A stretch of 64,000 nt of DNA from Antedon mediterranea (Eukaryota > Animalia > Echinodermata): NCBI RefSeq assembly GCF_964355755.1, contig NC_092674.1:434001-498000 (forward strand), read 5' to 3'. Within the stretch, counting starts at the first letter, position 1. Each line of letters opens with the position of its first letter. The notes beneath the pieces were generated by a model. The model saw only the letters and a program-made list of their open reading frames with translations, did not search any database and had not been told where the DNA came from. This document shows, piece by piece, positions 60,271-64,000 of this stretch. The position numbers and the translations under genes are program-made.

Positions 60271-62369
60271 ATTTTAATTCTTTTGCGGTTATGGTATTCC
60301 TTATTTTAATCGGTATCTGTTCAGTGTGTTTCCAACACTTTATGGGGTAGCACCACCATCAACATTTGAACGCGCTATCGCGTCTAATTGTCGTCTTCTA
60401 ATATTATCGACAAAATTGACTTGATGGTAAAACGAATGTGCGTCTTTGAAATCCGTTGAAGCGTTAATCAGATTAAATCCGACGACAAACAGGACGACGT
60501 CTGATCTCTAATATTTGATTTTCCAAAACCAATCGATTACAATAAAGCACAACAGACACTCATAATATTAATATCAAACGTTAGCAATCATTGTAAATTT
60601 AACGTTAAAAACACGTGTAGAGGTCAATCATTAAACAAAGTCACGTTTTACACCGACAATGACATCTCTGCTTTTATCGACAGAAAGGGGCTCAGGGATT
60701 CAATTATCAAATGTGATTCGCTGTTTTCATTAATGGTTAACCAGTATATATATTTATTTTATACATTTTATATATATCAATGTATAAAATACTATACTGT
60801 AAACAATATTATATGCATTTTTATTGTTTTATTATTATAATTGTGAGTATCATACATTCAAGAAAATAATGAAAAAAGGAGAGTATTATGTGAGAAATAT
60901 GTAAATTATGATGAACGAATAAAAGTGGTAGGTTACACCACAAAAGAGAAAAGAAAAGGTTAACCAGTATATAAAGACATGTTTATATTCAATGCTCCTC
61001 TATCTATCCCTCTCGTCGAGTCACTAACTAGGTCAATCAAAAGTTTAATATTAACTAACTACCAGAAATAGACCTAGACAATTCCCTCGCGAATATTAAA
61101 TTTAATTGATAATTAAAACCATACGAATTCTAAGCATTAGAATATAAATGATAGAAACGTATACATGATATGCATAATAAATCTGAAGACTTTTTACACA
61201 AAATATTCAAAATTTGAATTACAGTCAATCAGCATGCAAAAAGTACTTAAATGAATCTGAAAAAGTAGATTTGCCTATTGTTGTTAGTCTACCAGTCGGC
61301 ATTCCGATTTTGTATTGAAACTACTGAAACGCCAAAGGTGCCAAAATAATTCTTTTTTACTAATGTATTAAGTCAAAACACAGGCTAGAACAACATAAAC
61401 TACTGAAAATGGTAGGCCTACATTTACACATCTTTCGTTATGAGACAATATACAATTTATTTCTAAATTAGATATAGTCCCATCTCCTCCCCATTTCTAC
61501 AAAGCTAGCCGTCTAAGTTTCATTACGGTTATGATAGATAAAAAATAGTCAGCTATTCTAAAATTACATCTGAGCCTCCTACAGGAATATTACTGTTGTT
61601 TCTTACGGTTATCATTGCATTTAAGACGGAGTCTGATGCTTATTACCAATTTACTTCTATTCAATTATAGACTTATTATAGTCCCCGATTCCTTCTTCTA
61701 CAAACTTTGTCTTATCTACATCGTTTTTGTGATGGTACTGTCAGTTTTGCTGGATGTTTGAGTAGGCCTCATATTGTTTGTACTGATCAAGTTAATTTGG
61801 ATGCACCTCAGCTTCTGTGGGACTGCATTATTTTTAGATAAACCTTAAATAAGCATGATTATTATTCTTTAAATAAATTAACAAATTCTGATTTTAAACA
61901 GAGTTGAGTAGTTCAGCTATTGGCTGTATGTAAAGTAGCAATCCAACGACTCATTTTAAAAATCCATAGTTAGACTATTTATCATTTCCAATTCTCATTA
62001 AATAAAACCTTCAGTGACGTAAATGATGACTGAGTGTGTTCAAAGAGGTAATATGTACACTCCTAGAAAATCATTTCAACTGGACTTAACTCGAGCAAAC
62101 AAATTGAACGCACACGGTGACTTAATGGACAACGTAAGACTCATGTCTTGATTTAACAACGTACTCAAGCTCCCTAATCGTCATTATAAGAGTATCACGT
62201 GGTTCGCTTTATATCATTCACATAATTTTAATACATCAGCAGTGATAACTAATATCATAATGATGTAATAATGACGAAGAGGATTGAAAATGATGAAGAA
62301 ACGACAGAAATGTAACGATGACAACATCGACAATGTGACGCGCAACGGTATGCGACAGTAATGAGATTA

Positions 62370-62812
62370 TGATAAAGATGATATTGTTAACATCATTATC
62401 ATCATTATATCGAGAAAAATCTGATATGATATTGTTGATATCATTATCCTCATTATATTAAGATAAGATCATACCATATTGTTAATACCATTATCATCAT
62501 AATATCGAGATAAAGATGATACCATATTGTTAATATCATTATCATCATAATATCGAGATAAAGATAATACCATATTGTTAATACCATTATCATCATAATA
62601 TCAAGATAAAGATGATACCATATTGTTAATATCATTATCATCATAATATCAAGATAAAGATGATACCATATTGTTAATATCATTATCATCATAATATCAA
62701 GATAAAGATGATACCATATTGTTAATATCATTATCATCATAATATCGAGATAAAGATGATACCATATTATTGTTAATATCATTATCATCATAATATAAAG
62801 ATAGAGATGATT
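62370..62812. repeat. AT-rich minisatellite, 48-bp unit, ~8 copies
   Basis: Unit gataaagatgataccatattgttaatatcattatcatcataatatc(a/g)a. Confidence 0.93.
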
Positions 62813-63588
62813 TAATTAATACAACTATTATGTTATTACATTTAACTGGAAAAAGAAAATAAAAATAAAATTGAATTCGGTTACTTTAGCCTATATTCAG
62901 GATGTGGGTCAGAGTTCAATATTAAATGTTTAAAATACATTTTTCTACATTTACTTAGCATTGGAAATCAATCCTATTTAGTCGATGTTACAGATTACTA
63001 TTTCTCATTATAGTATTATTATTACATTAGTCAAAGTAATGTTCAAACTATTGCTGTTTATTAATGGAAGAATCAATTTATGAGAGACAAATAGAGATTA
63101 TCAACTGCACGTATTTATCGATTAGGTCTACTTGTTTATCTATACGACGTAATATATAGGTGGTAAAAGCTTGGGTACACGCGATTCCAAGTGTCACAAC
63201 AACCATTCGGAATTATTGATTTTTAATATATCTTTATTTAAAATGTTAATTAATTAGGGCTAATAAAATATTTATGAGCATGCGTACAATGATATTTAAA
63301 TCGATAGGCGCATAGTCGCGTGGCGCATCGTAGAAATAAAACGAGCCACATGTACGCATGGCAACAACCATCTCTCCAATCCAATGTATCAATGTCGATC
63401 AAGTAATCTTCAATACCGTACTCATTTATACATGAACATTAAAATGTCTTTCTTCCTATTTCAGAACATACAGCGATTAGATCGTCAAAAAAAACCCGAC
63501 AAAATCTCACATGACGTAATCAGAGGTAATGAAGGACGCGCGCGTACAAAGCAGAAATGAACTGTTCTATGAATTAACATGAAAGACA

Positions 63589-63766
63589 ATGAAAGAAACC
63601 CCCCTAGTGATCCTGGCTATAATTACGATATATAGTAGTTTATTCAACTATTTCGCACTGTCTCTTCCCGATATACCCAACCCCCAAGTCAACATGTATG
63701 GGTGCGGAAGAGGAGGACAAAAATCGTTGATCTGCGATCCAAGCTTAGTTATATCTGTGCAAGATG
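63589..63766 (+). CDS. First coding exon of a probable secreted/membrane MOLO-1 (TPM-domain)-like protein
   Basis: Signal-peptide-like N-terminus, then PNPQ....CGRGG..S.ICDP; donor g|gtaagc; upstream acceptor ttttcag-like site at ~63464. Confidence 0.65.
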
Positions 63767-64000
63767 GTAAGCATTCGTTATTAATTATTAGTATTTCATA
63801 AATGTAGGCCTATCGATATAATCGTTTGTCAATGCTATTTATCGTACAACATCACCATCATAATGAAATTCATCAATGCAAAGTGTTTATTCAAAATGAG
63901 TACACATTTTGTTAAGATATCAAAATAGACAAGATCATGGATGTAACGGTACTGTGGGCACATAGTGAAATTAATATCATATTATCATCAATATCGGTCA

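Noticed and set aside
57750-62791. Repetitive ORFs at 57750, 58977, 60022 and 62453
   Set aside because: All are translations of minisatellites.

Overview
AT-rich, intron-rich animal DNA, probably an invertebrate deuterostome such as an echinoderm (inferred from GT-AG introns, Deu-type SINEs and a CpG mosaic). Genes in order: 3' part of cohesin subunit SA/STAG (+), GPALPP1 (-), a TMEM53-like hydrolase (+), PRKX/PKA-C3 kinase (+), MFSD1 (-), an intronless rhodopsin-class GPCR (-) and the first coding exon of a probable MOLO-1/TPM-like protein (+). Non-coding DNA holds many young minisatellites, MITEs, SINEs and a nested satellite > hairpin element > LINE insertion. The most unusual signal is a modular (TA)n-associated mobile family at 3.1-4.4 kb, 27.5 kb and 48.1 kb. 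It combines internal tRNA-like units carrying atypical anticodons with a minimal Penelope-type hammerhead ribozyme and forms chimeras. A second recurring pattern is tandem duplication anchored at splice junctions. All exon models were read by eye and are unverified.
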